In this document: positions 27,753 to 44,924 of the stretch, piece after piece | How the letters are laid out: each line of letters starts with the position of its first letter | How positions within the stretch are numbered: position 1 is the first letter of the stretch | Source: the human T2T-CHM13v2.0 reference genome, Homo sapiens | Length of the DNA stretch: 64,000 bases | Reading direction: 5' to 3' (one strand) | Assembly: GCF_009914755.1 (NCBI RefSeq) | Contig: NC_060935.1 | Position numbers and translations under genes: made by a program | Notes under the pieces: generated by a model | Told to the model about the DNA's origin: nothing | Databases searched by the model: none | Seen by the model: only the letters and a program-made list of their open reading frames with translations

Positions 27753-28140
27753 GTCTATCCAAAGAGTATATCTTTAGTTTTTATTTAGTTTATGAGGACA
27801 TTCACGGGAACTTTCATAATCTCAGCCCCTCTAACTTAATTTTTCCCATTAGGTTATGTTCTTCAACTAGAATTTCTCTTGGCCTCAGGTTTTGTTTGTT
27901 TGTTTATTCATTTGTCCAGGAACTTAAATGTAATAGCTGGAGAAGAACCACAGAACTTTAGTGACTTTGATAGATAAGTGTCTGAAAACGTGGCAGAGTG
28001 TTGTCACTCTAAATAAGATGGCACAGAAGGTGAAGATGCTCAGGTCAAGAGGATGTCTGGTGTAGAGCTTGAGGCAAAGGGACTTTGTGTAACAATAGCA
28101 CTGTCTAGCACTAACTGTAGAGAAAAAAGGGACCAATTAT

Positions 28141-28829
28141 GGTTTGTTGGTTTGTTTGTTTGTTTTTTGAGACAGGGTCTTACTTTGTTGCCCAGGCTGG
28201 AGTGCAGTGGTGTGATCTTGGCTCACTGCAACCTCTGCCTCTTACGCTCATGTGATCCTCCCACCTCAGCCTCCCAAGTAGCTGGGCTACAGGCAAATGC
28301 CACCATGTCCGGCTAACTTTTATACTTATTTGGGGTATTTTTTGTAGAGATGGGGTTTCGCCATGTCACTCACATTGTTCTCAAACTCCTGGACTCGAGC
28401 GATCTGCCAGCCTCAGCCTCCCAAAGTGCTGGGATTACAGGCATGAGCCACTATGCCTGGTCCCCAGTTATGATTCTAAGCTTATCAAAACCGTAATAAA
28501 TGACACAAATATGGCTGTTGCAACCTTATTTTCTTTTTTTTTTTTTTTTTTGAGACGGAGTCTCACTCTGTTGCCCAGGCTGGAGTGCAGTGGCACAATC
28601 TCAGCTCACTGCAACCTCTGCCTCCAGGGTTCAAGCAATTCTCTGCCTCAGCCTCCCAAGTAGCTGGGACTACAGGCACACGCCACCATGCCTAGCTAGT
28701 TTTTGTATTTTTAGTAGAGACAAGGTTTCACCATGTTGGCCAGGCTGGTCTTGAACTCCTGACCTCGTGATCCACCTGTCTCCGCCTCCCAAAGTGCTGG
28801 GATTACAGGCGTGAGCCACCATGCCCAGC
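28141..28829 (-). mobile_element. Two antisense Alus (28141-28461, ~28534-28829)
   Basis: Alu consensus; the second has TSD tgcaaccttattttc. Confidence 0.92.
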
Positions 28830-29415
28830 TGCAACCTTATTTTCAATAATATAATTTCAAAGGTATTCATGCACTTGGTGCTGGCACATATGCATTCAAA
28901 ACAGTACTCTGATATACTGTGAATGGTAGGGAAACTGATAACAATCTTTCTGGAGAATAATTTGACAATGGGCATCAAAGACATCAAGGAGCATTGAGGA
29001 TCTGGGCTTGGTGGCTCACACATAGAATCCCCCCAATTTTGGAGGCCGAGGTGGGAGGATGGTGTGACCCCAGGTGTTCAAGACCAGCCTGGGTGACACA
29101 GCGAGATCCTGACTCTAAAAAAGAGGGGAGAGCATTCATGTTCCATGACAAAGAAAGTCTCCTTCTAGGACTATACCCTAAAGAAATCAAATGAATTAGA
29201 TGTACGCAGAAAGTTGCTTATTGCAATATTGTTCATAAAGCAAAAAACTGGAAACAAACACCCAACAACAGCTGAAGGATTAAATTATGGCATGTAAATA
29301 TAATAGATTGAAATATAGTTATCAGAATTTTATTGAAATGAGAAACCTTACAGATAAAAATTGTAGCACCAAGAATCACCCTCCTATTTCCTGCATATCA
29401 GCAACTCTCATTTCT

Positions 29416-29915
<500 letters not shown>

Positions 29916-30054
29916 TAGCTGCTTGTCTAGCGCAATAGTTTTCAAACTGTTTGCCTAGGGCCTTCAGAGTTCTATCAGGTGCCTTGGGAGCTGTGGGTGA
30001 GGAGCAAGAGAGAGGACCCATACACCTCGGGATTCCACTTGTATCACTTTTTTA

Positions 30055-30426
<372 letters not shown>

Positions 30427-30659
30427 CTATTTCACCCTCTATATTGATAACTTCTTTAATATTGTTCTAGTTCTGACCTCTTGAATATTCTTTTAGGATG
30501 TAGCTTTTAGCACTTTCAGCAACATTACTTTACCTTGTCCCTTTATCAACCCACAGCTGACAGAAGACCCAATAAGTAATTAGACTTGAGGGAAAGCCCC
30601 TTACGAAAGGACATCCCTAAAAAGTTAAAATACAAAAACTAAAATTATATATCAAACAG

Positions 30660-33078
<2,419 letters not shown>

Positions 33079-33506
33079 CATGCCATGAGCAATGTTCCTC
33101 TGAGTTTTTAAAGTTGTGAGTAAGCAACGATATTCCATGAGCAGGAGCAAAATGAGTATACATGAACAGACTGATGGTGCAATAAAATTAAACAGGTGTA
33201 ATGAATAGTCCAGTGTTCACTTTGTTACTTTCATAAATGTTCTATGTGAGTGTATTTTGGTGGAGGGGGGACTCTATGAAGAGGCTGAATTTCAACGTTT
33301 CCACTGAACACAGAAAGCGTTCATGGAAGCAGAAAGCTGAAGACATATTGGACAAGAGACTGTAAGCCTCTCAAGAATTTGTATATATTTGGGAGAGGGT
33401 TTTGGATTTCCACAAGAGCTTGAGTCTACCTTTTTGGATCTTAAGAAACAGAAAAATCCCTGCGACAAAATTTAACCTGATATTAAGCAATGACATGTTT
33501 AGCTAG

Positions 33507-34171
<665 letters not shown>

Positions 34172-34195
34172 GTTAGACTACATATACTAAAACTA

Positions 34196-34393
<198 letters not shown>

Positions 34394-34762
34394 TCAAAAA
34401 AAAAAAAAAATTAACATGCATGATAATTAAGTGAAGTCTAGATCTCTCCCAACAACCTTCCTTTATCACCACCGTATCTGGGGCTTTGCGATAAAGGGAA
34501 CAGAGAAGTACCTAAGGGAAGGGGGAGGATATAAACCAGCTGTGCAGAGGGCAGAGTGTGCTTTGGTGTCTTAGGCCAGGCTGTAGCAAAGAGAAGCTGA
34601 GGCTTGAGGATACATGCTCTACCACCCTTAGTTTGGGGCTCAGTCCTCTGGAGGCAAACCCTCTGAAAAATATTTGCCTCAAGCTGTGTTTTCAAACAAC
34701 TGGGACAACAGGTGTACAATGAGACTGTCCTAGGTAATGAAATGTTTTTTTTTCTTTTCTTA

Positions 34763-34804
34763 GTGTGTGTGTGTGTGTATGTGTGTGTGTGTAGTATGTG
34801 TGTA
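34763..34804. repeat. Imperfect (TG)n microsatellite
   Basis: Direct reading. Confidence 0.9.
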
Positions 34805-35053
34805 TAAATCTATAAAGGGTCTTTTGGCATACCAGTTCCAACCAGGCTGAAGATGTAGACTAGAGTGGGACATTAGGAAGGGCAAGAGAATGTTTTCCAT
34901 AGCTTTGATCAACTCATCCTCCTGCTTAAAATGTTCTCATGGCTCCCTATTGTGAGAAAGTATACTAAAGTACTTATATGTTTGGATGATGGTCCAAATC
35001 TGGGACTATTTGAACATCAAAATAAACAAATGTGGTAATGGATTATAATCCTA

Positions 35054-35585
35054 TGGTTGGGGACCCCTAAGACCACCCTCAATTTCAATGATTTGCTACA
35101 AGAACTCAAAGAACTCAGACACATAGTTATACTCGTGGTTATGATTCATTATGGTAAAAGGATGCAAATTAAAATCAACAATATGAAAATGCACATAGTG
35201 CAGAGTCCAAGAAAGACCAGATGCAGGCTTCCAGTGTCCTCTTTCAGTGGAGCTGTGTGGACATTAATACTATGTGACAACACACGTGAAGTATTGTCAA
35301 TCAGAAGCCCACCTAAGCCTTGGTGTCCAGGGTTTTTATTGGGGGTCAATTGCATAGTCATAGTAATTGCTCCTATGGCTGACCTGAATTCTCCAGTCCC
35401 TCTAGAGGTCAAGCTGATATTATGTGGCCCAAAGTGCCCACTATAAATCGCATTGTTAGCATGAATGATCTGGTGTGGCCCAAGGCCTTAACTAAACAAA
35501 AATACTCTTTATTAAGAGCCTTGAAACTAGGCAAGGGCCAAACTTTTCTTTGCAATGTACAGGGTTTGAACAACCCACACCTGCT
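35054..35585. mobile_element. MER21-like LTR
   Basis: ttggggacccctaagaccaccctcaatttcaatgatttgctacaagaactcaaagaactcag...ttatactcgtggttatg matches the MER21 terminus as recalled. Confidence 0.75.
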
Positions 35586-35658
35586 GAGTTAATCCTTTAC
35601 AAATCTGCTAAATAAAATAAAAATCCATGAGTACATATTGATATAAATAAACAAGGAA

Positions 35659-36441
35659 TGTTAAATTAAGTTTAGCCTAAAGCTGCCGCCTTACATATTT
35701 TAAGGTCAGCCTAAAAATTTCTCCGTACATGGTGAACTATAACCTAACTGGATGTGTAAACAGACTGTACCTATTCTTGTGCCAATCACTGAGTTTTAGC
35801 CAACCAAGGGTGGCCAACTGTTCAAACCATGTTCAAATAAGGCAAACACTGAGCCGTAACCAATCAGCTGTTTTTATACTTGTATTAGTCTGTTCTCACA
35901 CTGCTATAAAGAACTACCTGAGACTGGGTAATTTATCAAGAAAAGAGGTTTAATTGACTCACAGTTCTGCAGGCTGTAAAGGAGGCAAAGCTTCAGAGGC
36001 CTTAGGAAACTTACAATTGTGGGAGAAGGCAAAGGGGAAACAAGCAATTCTTCACATGGCAGCTTAAGACAGAGAGAGTAAAGGGTGAAGTGCTACACAC
36101 TTTTAAACAACCAGATCTCGTGAAAACTCACTATCACAAGAATAACAAGGAGGAAACCCGCCCCCATGATCCAATCACCTACCACTAGGTCCCTCCCCCA
36201 ACACTGGGAATTACAATGCAACATGAGATTTGTGTGGGGACACAGAGCCAAATGATATCAATACTCACTTCCATTTTCTGTATATCACCTTCCTTTTCCC
36301 GTCTGTAAATCTTCTTCCACCAAACAGCTGTGCTGGAGCCTCTCTGAACCTATTCTGATCCAGGGGCTGCCCAATCCAAGTTATTTTTTGCTCAATTAAA
36401 CTCTATTAAATTTAATTTGTCTGAGGCTTTTCTTTTTAACA
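35659..36441 (+). mobile_element. MER57-like solo LTR with a nested MSTA
   Basis: tgttaaattaagtttagcctaaagctgcc start, ttttaaca end. Confidence 0.82.
35881..36260 (-). mobile_element. MSTA solo LTR
   Basis: TG...CA termini; perfect 5-bp TSD atact (35876-35880, 36261-36265). Confidence 0.93.
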
Positions 36442-36673
36442 GGGATGAGGAACAATCCTTCTTGAAGAATGATAACTAATGATGTAGAAGGAATGATGAA
36501 GTTAGAAAAATCACTACAGTTGGTCCTCTGTATGTGTATAGCAGAGCCTCTAGAGGGAGCATGACCCTGCCAACTCCTTGATTTCAGACTTCCAGGCTTC
36601 AGAACTGTGAGATAATGAATTTCTGTTGTCACCTAGTTTGAGGTCATTTGTTGCAGCAGCCATAGGAAACTAA

Positions 36674-37444
36674 TGATATGAACAGGAGACAGGGAGATCG
36701 GGAAATTCTGCGTAGAAGAGGGTGGTTCCCTGGCAAAGGCCCCACCTTCAAGCCTGTAGACCATGGCCCTAAATGGAGACAGGCATTCCTGTTTTCATGC
36801 CCAAAACATTGCCTTTTGGCCCACCATGCCCCCTATCTCTTACCCATATAAACCTGGAACCCCAGGCTCCAGAAGCAGATGAGCAGACAAGCAGACGAGG
36901 AGACAAGGAGACAAGGAGACAAGCAGATGAGCTGTGGCACAGCACAGCAGGGAAAGAGAGAAGAGGAGGAATGTCTGAACGCCAAGAGGAGTTCAACTGA
37001 GGGCAGTCAGGGAGGAGTTTGGCTGCTGGATGGCCAAACTTTAGGGGATCATCTTCCCACTCCATCCTCCCTTCCAGCTCCCCATCCATCCCACTGACTG
37101 CCACCTCCGCCACTCAGTAAAACCCCACATTCATCCTTCAAGCCTGTGTGTGACCTCATTCTTCTGGGACGCTGGACAAGAGCTCAGGATACAGAAAGCT
37201 GTCACACTGGCCCTCTGCTCTTGCAGAAAGGCAGAGGGTCCATTGAGCTGGCTAACACTCAAGCTGTCTGCAGACGGCAAGGCTAAAAGGGCACACGGTA
37301 ACACACACCCACTTGCGCTCCTGCACCTGCCTGTCTGCGTGCTCCCCCTCCCATCAGGGGTTTGAGCAGTGGTGGCAATCAAATAGGCAAGCCACACCCC
37401 TGTCGCACGTCCTTCGAGGGGGATTACGGAACATGCTTGTTTCA
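36674..37444 (+). mobile_element. MER50-like solo LTR inserted in the 3' end of an MLT1 fragment (36545-36673)
   Basis: tgatatgaacaggagacaggga...tagaagagggtggttccctggcaaaggccccacc...tgtttca; the MLT1 end aaactaa|taca is split by it. Confidence 0.8.
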
Positions 37445-37472
37445 GTAATACATATGCTTAAAGCAGAGGTGA

Positions 37473-38247
<775 letters not shown>

Positions 38248-39063
38248 TGCATCACTGTCTTATATTAGCTTGTACAATGTTGGGAAAGTTACTTAATTTC
38301 ACTAAGCTTCAATTTCCTGTAAAACGGATTAATAATAAAAAATATCCACATCTTAAGGATCTTAGGAGGATTGTGACAATTCCACATAAAGCCCTTAGCA
38401 CAGGACCTAAGACATACATTGTCAATATGTATCAGTTATTCTTATGAGAATCACTCTCACCTACAGGTTTAAATCTCCTGTAATCTATTTAGGGAGATAA
38501 AATGTCCTCTCAGTGAAAGACTTCATGACAAGGCCACAGCCTTGTCTTTCCAGTTCATACTTAAATTGTACTCCTTTCCCAGACCTCCTGGTTTCTAATC
38601 ATTCAACCTTGCTTACTGCAGGCCCTTGATCAACGAAACCATTCATCAGTGCCCCAAAGTCCCTCCATATCCGTAGCTCAGAAAACTACCTCTCCGCACA
38701 AAATTGATGATCAAGTATGTTTCTTGAAGCTCTTTCAGGGACACCCCCTAGTGAGGCTGCAGCTTCCAGAGAAGCAGGGTTAAACAGCAGCTTTCCTGAT
38801 TCCATTGCTGTCTCCCTGGAGGGGTATGGCAGACAACAATGAGCAGAGTCAAAAGATGATTGATAGGGTCAAGCCTCAGAGACAGAGAAAATTATAGTGG
38901 GACTTAGTTTCCTTCTAACTTTTTTTATTTTAATTTTTCTTTAGAAACAGAGTCTTGCTCTGTTGCCCAGCCTGGAGCATAGTGACATGATCATTCCTTA
39001 CTGTAACCTCGAAATTCTGGGTTCAAGTGATCCTCCAGCCTTAGCCTTTGGAGTAGCTAGGAC

Positions 39064-40308
39064 TGTGTCCGGAATTGGCGGGTTCTTGGTCTCACTGACT
39101 TCAAGAACGAAGCCACAGACCCTCGCAGTGAGTGTTACAGTTCTTAAACGGAGGGTGTCCGGAGTTTCTTCCTTCTGGTGGGTTCGTGGTCTGGATGGCT
39201 TCAGGAGTGAAGCTGCAGACCTTTGCGGTGAATGTTACAACTCTTAAGGCGGCGCGTCTGGAGTTCTTCGTTCCTCCCCGTAGGTTCGTGGTCTCCCTGG
39301 CTTCAGGAGTGAAGCTAGACCTTCACGGAGAGTGTTACAGCTGATAAAGGCAGTGTGGACCCAAAAAGTGACCAGCAGCAAGATTTGTTGCAAGGAACGA
39401 AAGAACACAGCTTCCACACCGTGGAAACGGATGCCAGCAGGTTGCCACTGTTGGCTCGGGCAGCCTGCTTTTATTCTCTTATCTGGCCCCACCCATATCC
39501 TGCTGATTGGTCCATTTTACAGAGAGCCGATTGGTCCACTTTACAGAGAGCTGATTGGTCCGTTTTGACAGGGTGCTGATTGGTGCATTTACAATCCCTG
39601 AGCTAGACACAAAAGTTCTCCACGTCCCCACTAGATGAGCTAGATACAGAGTGCCCATTGGTGTATTTACAATCCCTAAGCTAGACGTAAAGGTTCTCCA
39701 AGTCCCCACCAGACTCAGGAGCCCAGCTGGTTTCACCCAGTGGATCCCGCACCAGGCAGCAGGTGGAGCTGGCTGCCACTCCCACGCAGTGCTCCACACT
39801 CCTCAGCCCTTGGGCCTCCGATGGGACTGGGTGCCATGGAGCAGCGGGGCGGCGCTCATCGGGGAGGCTCCGCCCCACAGGAGCCCACAGCAGGGGGTAA
39901 GACTCAGGCATAGCAGGCTGCAGGTCCCGAGCCCTGCCCCCGGGGGAGGCAGCTAAGGCCCGGCAAGAAATCGAGCACAGCAGCTGCTGGCCCAGGTGCT
40001 AAGCCCCTCACTGCCCAGGGCTGGCGGGGCTGGCTGGCAGCTCCGAGTGGGGGTCCCGCCGAGCCCACGCCTACCCAGAACAGGCACTGGCCCGCAAGCG
40101 CCCCGGACAGTCCCGGTTCCTGCCCCCGCCTCTCCCTCCACACCTCCCCTCAAGCTGAGGGAGCCGGCTCTGGCCTTGGCCAGCCCGGAAAGGGGCTCCC
40201 ACAGTGCAGCAGTGGGCTGAAGGGCTCCTCAAGTGTGGCCAGAGTGGGCGCCAAGGCCTAGGAGGCGCCGAGAGCAAGCGAGGGCTGCCAGCACGCTGTC
40301 ACCTCTCA
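39064..40308 (-). mobile_element. Solo LTR12 (ERV9, LTR12C-like), 1245 bp, inserted into an Alu arm
   Basis: Minus strand starts tgagaggtgacagcgtgctggcagcc and ends aattccggacaca; CpG-rich U3; five ATTGG boxes 39506-39661; perfect 4-bp TSD ggac (39060-39063, 40309-40312) inside Alu gtagctaggac|tacagg. Confidence 0.96.
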
Positions 40309-40899
40309 GGACTACAGGTGCACCACCATGCCTGGCTAATTTTTATTTCCTTTCTGATGTTTTAATTTAATTTATGATGTTGACCTAAGAGATGGAAACC
40401 AGGGCTGCTCTGGCAAAGACAGGGCTTATAGTTTCCCTCAATGCCAGAAGAGAAGGGAAAAATTTAAAACCATATCTTCTTTCCCTGTTCAAATCACTTC
40501 TCACACACATATTCCTTGTATTCTCAGTGAAACCACAAACTTGACCTTCTTGGATCTTTCTTCTTGATGGTTGGTCTATTTATAACATAGGAATGTGTGG
40601 ACTTACTGACTACATTTCTAGTTAGGCAACCCCAAATTCTGCATTTCCCAACAAGCTAATGAACAAGGCCACCTCAGTGAAGATGGGGTTTCCTGGGTCT
40701 CACCCCAACTGATTCCCTCCATCATCTTAAAGCAAGTCACTCAATACCAGGCCTCAGCTTCCTCAACTACAAAAGGAAGGCAATGAACTATGTACTCAAT
40801 AGAACTACAATCTTTCTACCAGTTGAAATACTTATTTTCTTTTTTTTTTTTTTTTGAGAGGCAAAATCAATTACTTCCTTTTCAATTGTCCTCTGGTGC

Positions 40900-41095
40900 T
40901 TTATTCCAATTTCTATTATATTTAACACTATCCTATTGCATTACAATTAGTTGTGTGTCTGCCTCTTTTCCTCATAAATTACAGGTTCCATAAAGACAGG
41001 CGTTGTATTAAATTTACCCTCGTATTCACAGCATTTAGTATTATGCTTGGCACTGTATTAGGCTCTAAATACATATCTATTGAATGAATAAATAT
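40900..41095 (+). mobile_element. L2 3' end
   Basis: gcttggcactgtattaggctctaaatacatatctattgaatgaataaat terminus. Confidence 0.7.
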
Positions 41096-41122
41096 GTAAG
41101 CTACTTTAAAAATGCCCATTCA

Positions 41123-42162
<1,040 letters not shown>

Positions 42163-44414
42163 TCATTCTAGAGTTTGACATTACCTAGATCAGACTTGAA
42201 GCAGCTTGGTTACGAATCATTTGAGAGATCCCGAAACGTTCACAGAGCTGGAAGTATATTTTCAGTAGGGAAGAAGACATTCTTCAGATAGTATCATCAA
42301 GTGTACAAAATTTTTAAAAGATTTATTTACATATATCAAAGCATCACATTGTACCCCATAAATGTATGCAATTATGATTTGTCAATTAAAAATAGTATTG
42401 ATAAAAAATGTAATGATGTTATTTGTAGACATGTAACATTTGAAAATAAATATAATTGTACTGATTTAGAGTGAACTAAGGAAATTTCATTTAAATGGCA
42501 AAGGAACATATGGTGACAGAGTAATATTACTAAAAATACTCACTAGAATTTTCCCTTAATATCTTTCCCTGATTTATGTGACATAAACAAACTACATAAT
42601 GGTGTGAGGGACTATAAAGGTTTTATTGCCACTTGTTTGGTATTGCCTGCGTAACTCACTCTGAGTGCCAGTTGTGGGTATCTCAAACTAAGTGCCATAA
42701 AACATTTATAGCATGCCACTCCATTTCCTATACTTTTCATAGAGACAAAACTTTAGCGCTCACAAAAGTACTTATAAATATAATAGCTAGTTGTGAAAAC
42801 TTTTTAATTTAGATCCCACATTTCCAGTTTGCAGGAAGAAAAATAAATGTAATGAAGATTTACGTTACTTCTCTGCATGAACTCAGATTAGTTCGCAAAT
42901 TCCTTTTCAAAGAAAAACCACTTTTCAAAGATATCCTCAGTAAATGCATTTTGTAATTAACATAAAATTGGCAAAGTCGCTGTGCCTACACGTTTGAATT
43001 CATGTGTAAATAACGACTACTCACTTCCTTGCTTCCCCACCCGGGGACCAGGCTCCAAGCATCACAGGTGCAGAAAGACTTGCAAAAAGGAATGAATAGG
43101 AACAAAAGGATGTAGGCGCCAGGAGGAAAACAGGATCTTCCAGAACAAAATTAATCTCGCAAGGCATAGCAGATCCAACACCAGATTATTACCAAAGTTT
43201 AAACTTTTTCAATGGTCATCAGAGATAGCGTATCAAGTTTATTAGGTCTTTCACTACGGCTGATTTGCTTAAACCTTTATGTTATGCTTATCTTGAGGGA
43301 TAGATTTCTGTGCTAAGCACATAATAGGTGTTAAACCAATATTGATTTTTAAAAGGAGGTGGTCATTAAATAGAAATTTTACTGTTATTTTAACCTTTAA
43401 ATTTATGGCCCAAGGGCCAAACGATGATTTGTACGATTCCCTAGTTTCAATACTTGTGAGTTATTACAAGAAATACAACTCTGCTATGCAACAGAAGAAC
43501 CGCAAATAGTCATTAAATTACCGCACACCAAGCAGCTTGGAGATCAGATAGGAAATGTTTGGGGAGAGAGTCCTGCTGAAGTTCCAAGTCTCAAACAAAA
43601 CCCCTCAACATCAGAGTGCATGGTGAGTTTAAATTTATTGTAATTAAAGTCATCCAGATGGTAGTTGGATTAATCAATGAAGAGGTGGTTATCTATCTTG
43701 GGATAGAAGATTCTGAAACCCAGAGCGAGAAAAATCCCCAAGGTGGGGGTGGGGACAGTTAATAAGAGCCCTTGGGAAAGGCCCTTTCAGCGAGGATTGG
43801 AAAATAATACGTTTGAATTTGAATCTCTTTGAATATAAATCTCCCCTAACAGCAGGAAAAGGGTCCTCTAGCCCAGCAAGCTTTGGGGAGGGAGTAAGCG
43901 GAACTGCAAAAGAGCTCGCTCAGCTGTTTCTGGATTGGGGCGCAGAGAAAGAAATCGCGATCAGGGAACTGAGTACTGGAGTCCCTCAAAATAACCCGAA
44001 GGGTCAAATAGTGAGCTCCAAGCAAAGCGTTGACCCGGCTACCCCTGAGCAGCGCCCTACGCTGGGTTCCACTCCACTTCCCCTCCCCCGCGCGGGGCGA
44101 TAGCCAGGCGCGGTCCCTTCCCACGCGGGCCGCGGCGAGTGCGGACAGCTCCCTTCCGGGCTGCGGAAGGCGGGAAGTCTGCGGTTCGCGGGCTCCGGCT
44201 GGCGGGCGCCCCTCGGAGTCCCTGAAGTCGGCCGGGCCCCGCAGGACCCGCGCCTTCTCGGCCCCAACTGTCCCTCGCGAAGCGTCCTGCGGTGGCGGAG
44301 GCCTCGCGGCCGCCCGCCAGCCCCGCGAGCGGCAAGCGCGGGGCTCAGAGGGGAGGCGGGGCAAGGCCGCGGGGCGGAGGGGGGCGGGAGGTGCATCCTG
44401 GGAAATCCACCAAC

Positions 44415-44492
44415 ATGGGGCGCAGCGGCCGCCGCCGCCGCCGCCGCCGCCGTCGCCGCGAGTCCCGGCCGCGGGTGCCTCCGCTTCCCTGA
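44415..44492 (+). CDS. Candidate upstream ORF, 25 aa, [25 protein letters not shown]
   Basis: aacATGg strong Kozak; TGA 44490-44492; translation not demonstrated. Confidence 0.45.
   Translation: MGRSGRRRRRRRRRRESRPRVPPLP
44428..44457 (+). repeat. (GCC)8-GTC-GCC trinucleotide repeat in the QSER1 5' leader
   Basis: Direct reading. Confidence 0.95.
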
Positions 44493-44715
44493 CGCCCAGC
44501 TGGGGCCTCGCCGCCCGCCGCGGCCCGGGTCTTTGCGGCCCAGACTCGCCAGCGCGCCCTTCTCCCGCCTGCTCGCCGGGGCCATGTGAGGGGGCAGCTC
44601 CCTCCACCGCCGCCGCCCCCTCTTCCTCCCCCGCCCCCTCTCCCTGCCCGCCCCCGTCACACGGAGCCCTGGAGGATCCCCCGCTGCTGCCCGCCCTCCC
44701 TACGCCACCCCCACG

Positions 44716-44924
44716 ATGGACAGGAACTACGCGACCTCGGGCTTCACCGAGCCGCCGCCGCCGCCGCCGCCCGCGCCCCCCGCCGCCCCCGTCCCCGCCA
44801 GCGCCGCTGCGCAGCCCCCCGCCCCAGCCTGGGCCTACGAACCCCGAGCCGCCGCCGCCGCCGCCAGCAGCAGCTGCAGCAGTGGCAGCTGCAGTAGCGG
44901 CAGCAGCCCCAGCCTCAAGGCCAG
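44716..44924 (+). CDS. QSER1: QSER1 (glutamine and serine rich 1) first coding exon, long isoform
   Basis: acgATGg Kozak; MDRNYATSGFTEPPPPPPPAPPAAPVPASAAAQPPAPAWAYEPRAAAAAASSSCSSGSCSSGSSPSLKA; the MDRNY..GF.EP and W.YE blocks resemble the N-terminus of paralog PRR12; donor AG|gtaggg after 44924 (209 nt, phase 2); position downstream of PRRG4 fits the known 11p13 gene order. Confidence 0.88.

Noticed and set aside
39130-39700. Regularly spaced repeats that superficially resemble a CRISPR array
   Set aside because: These are the normal tandem U5 and U3 subrepeats of LTR12; no unique spacers, no cas genes, eukaryotic context.
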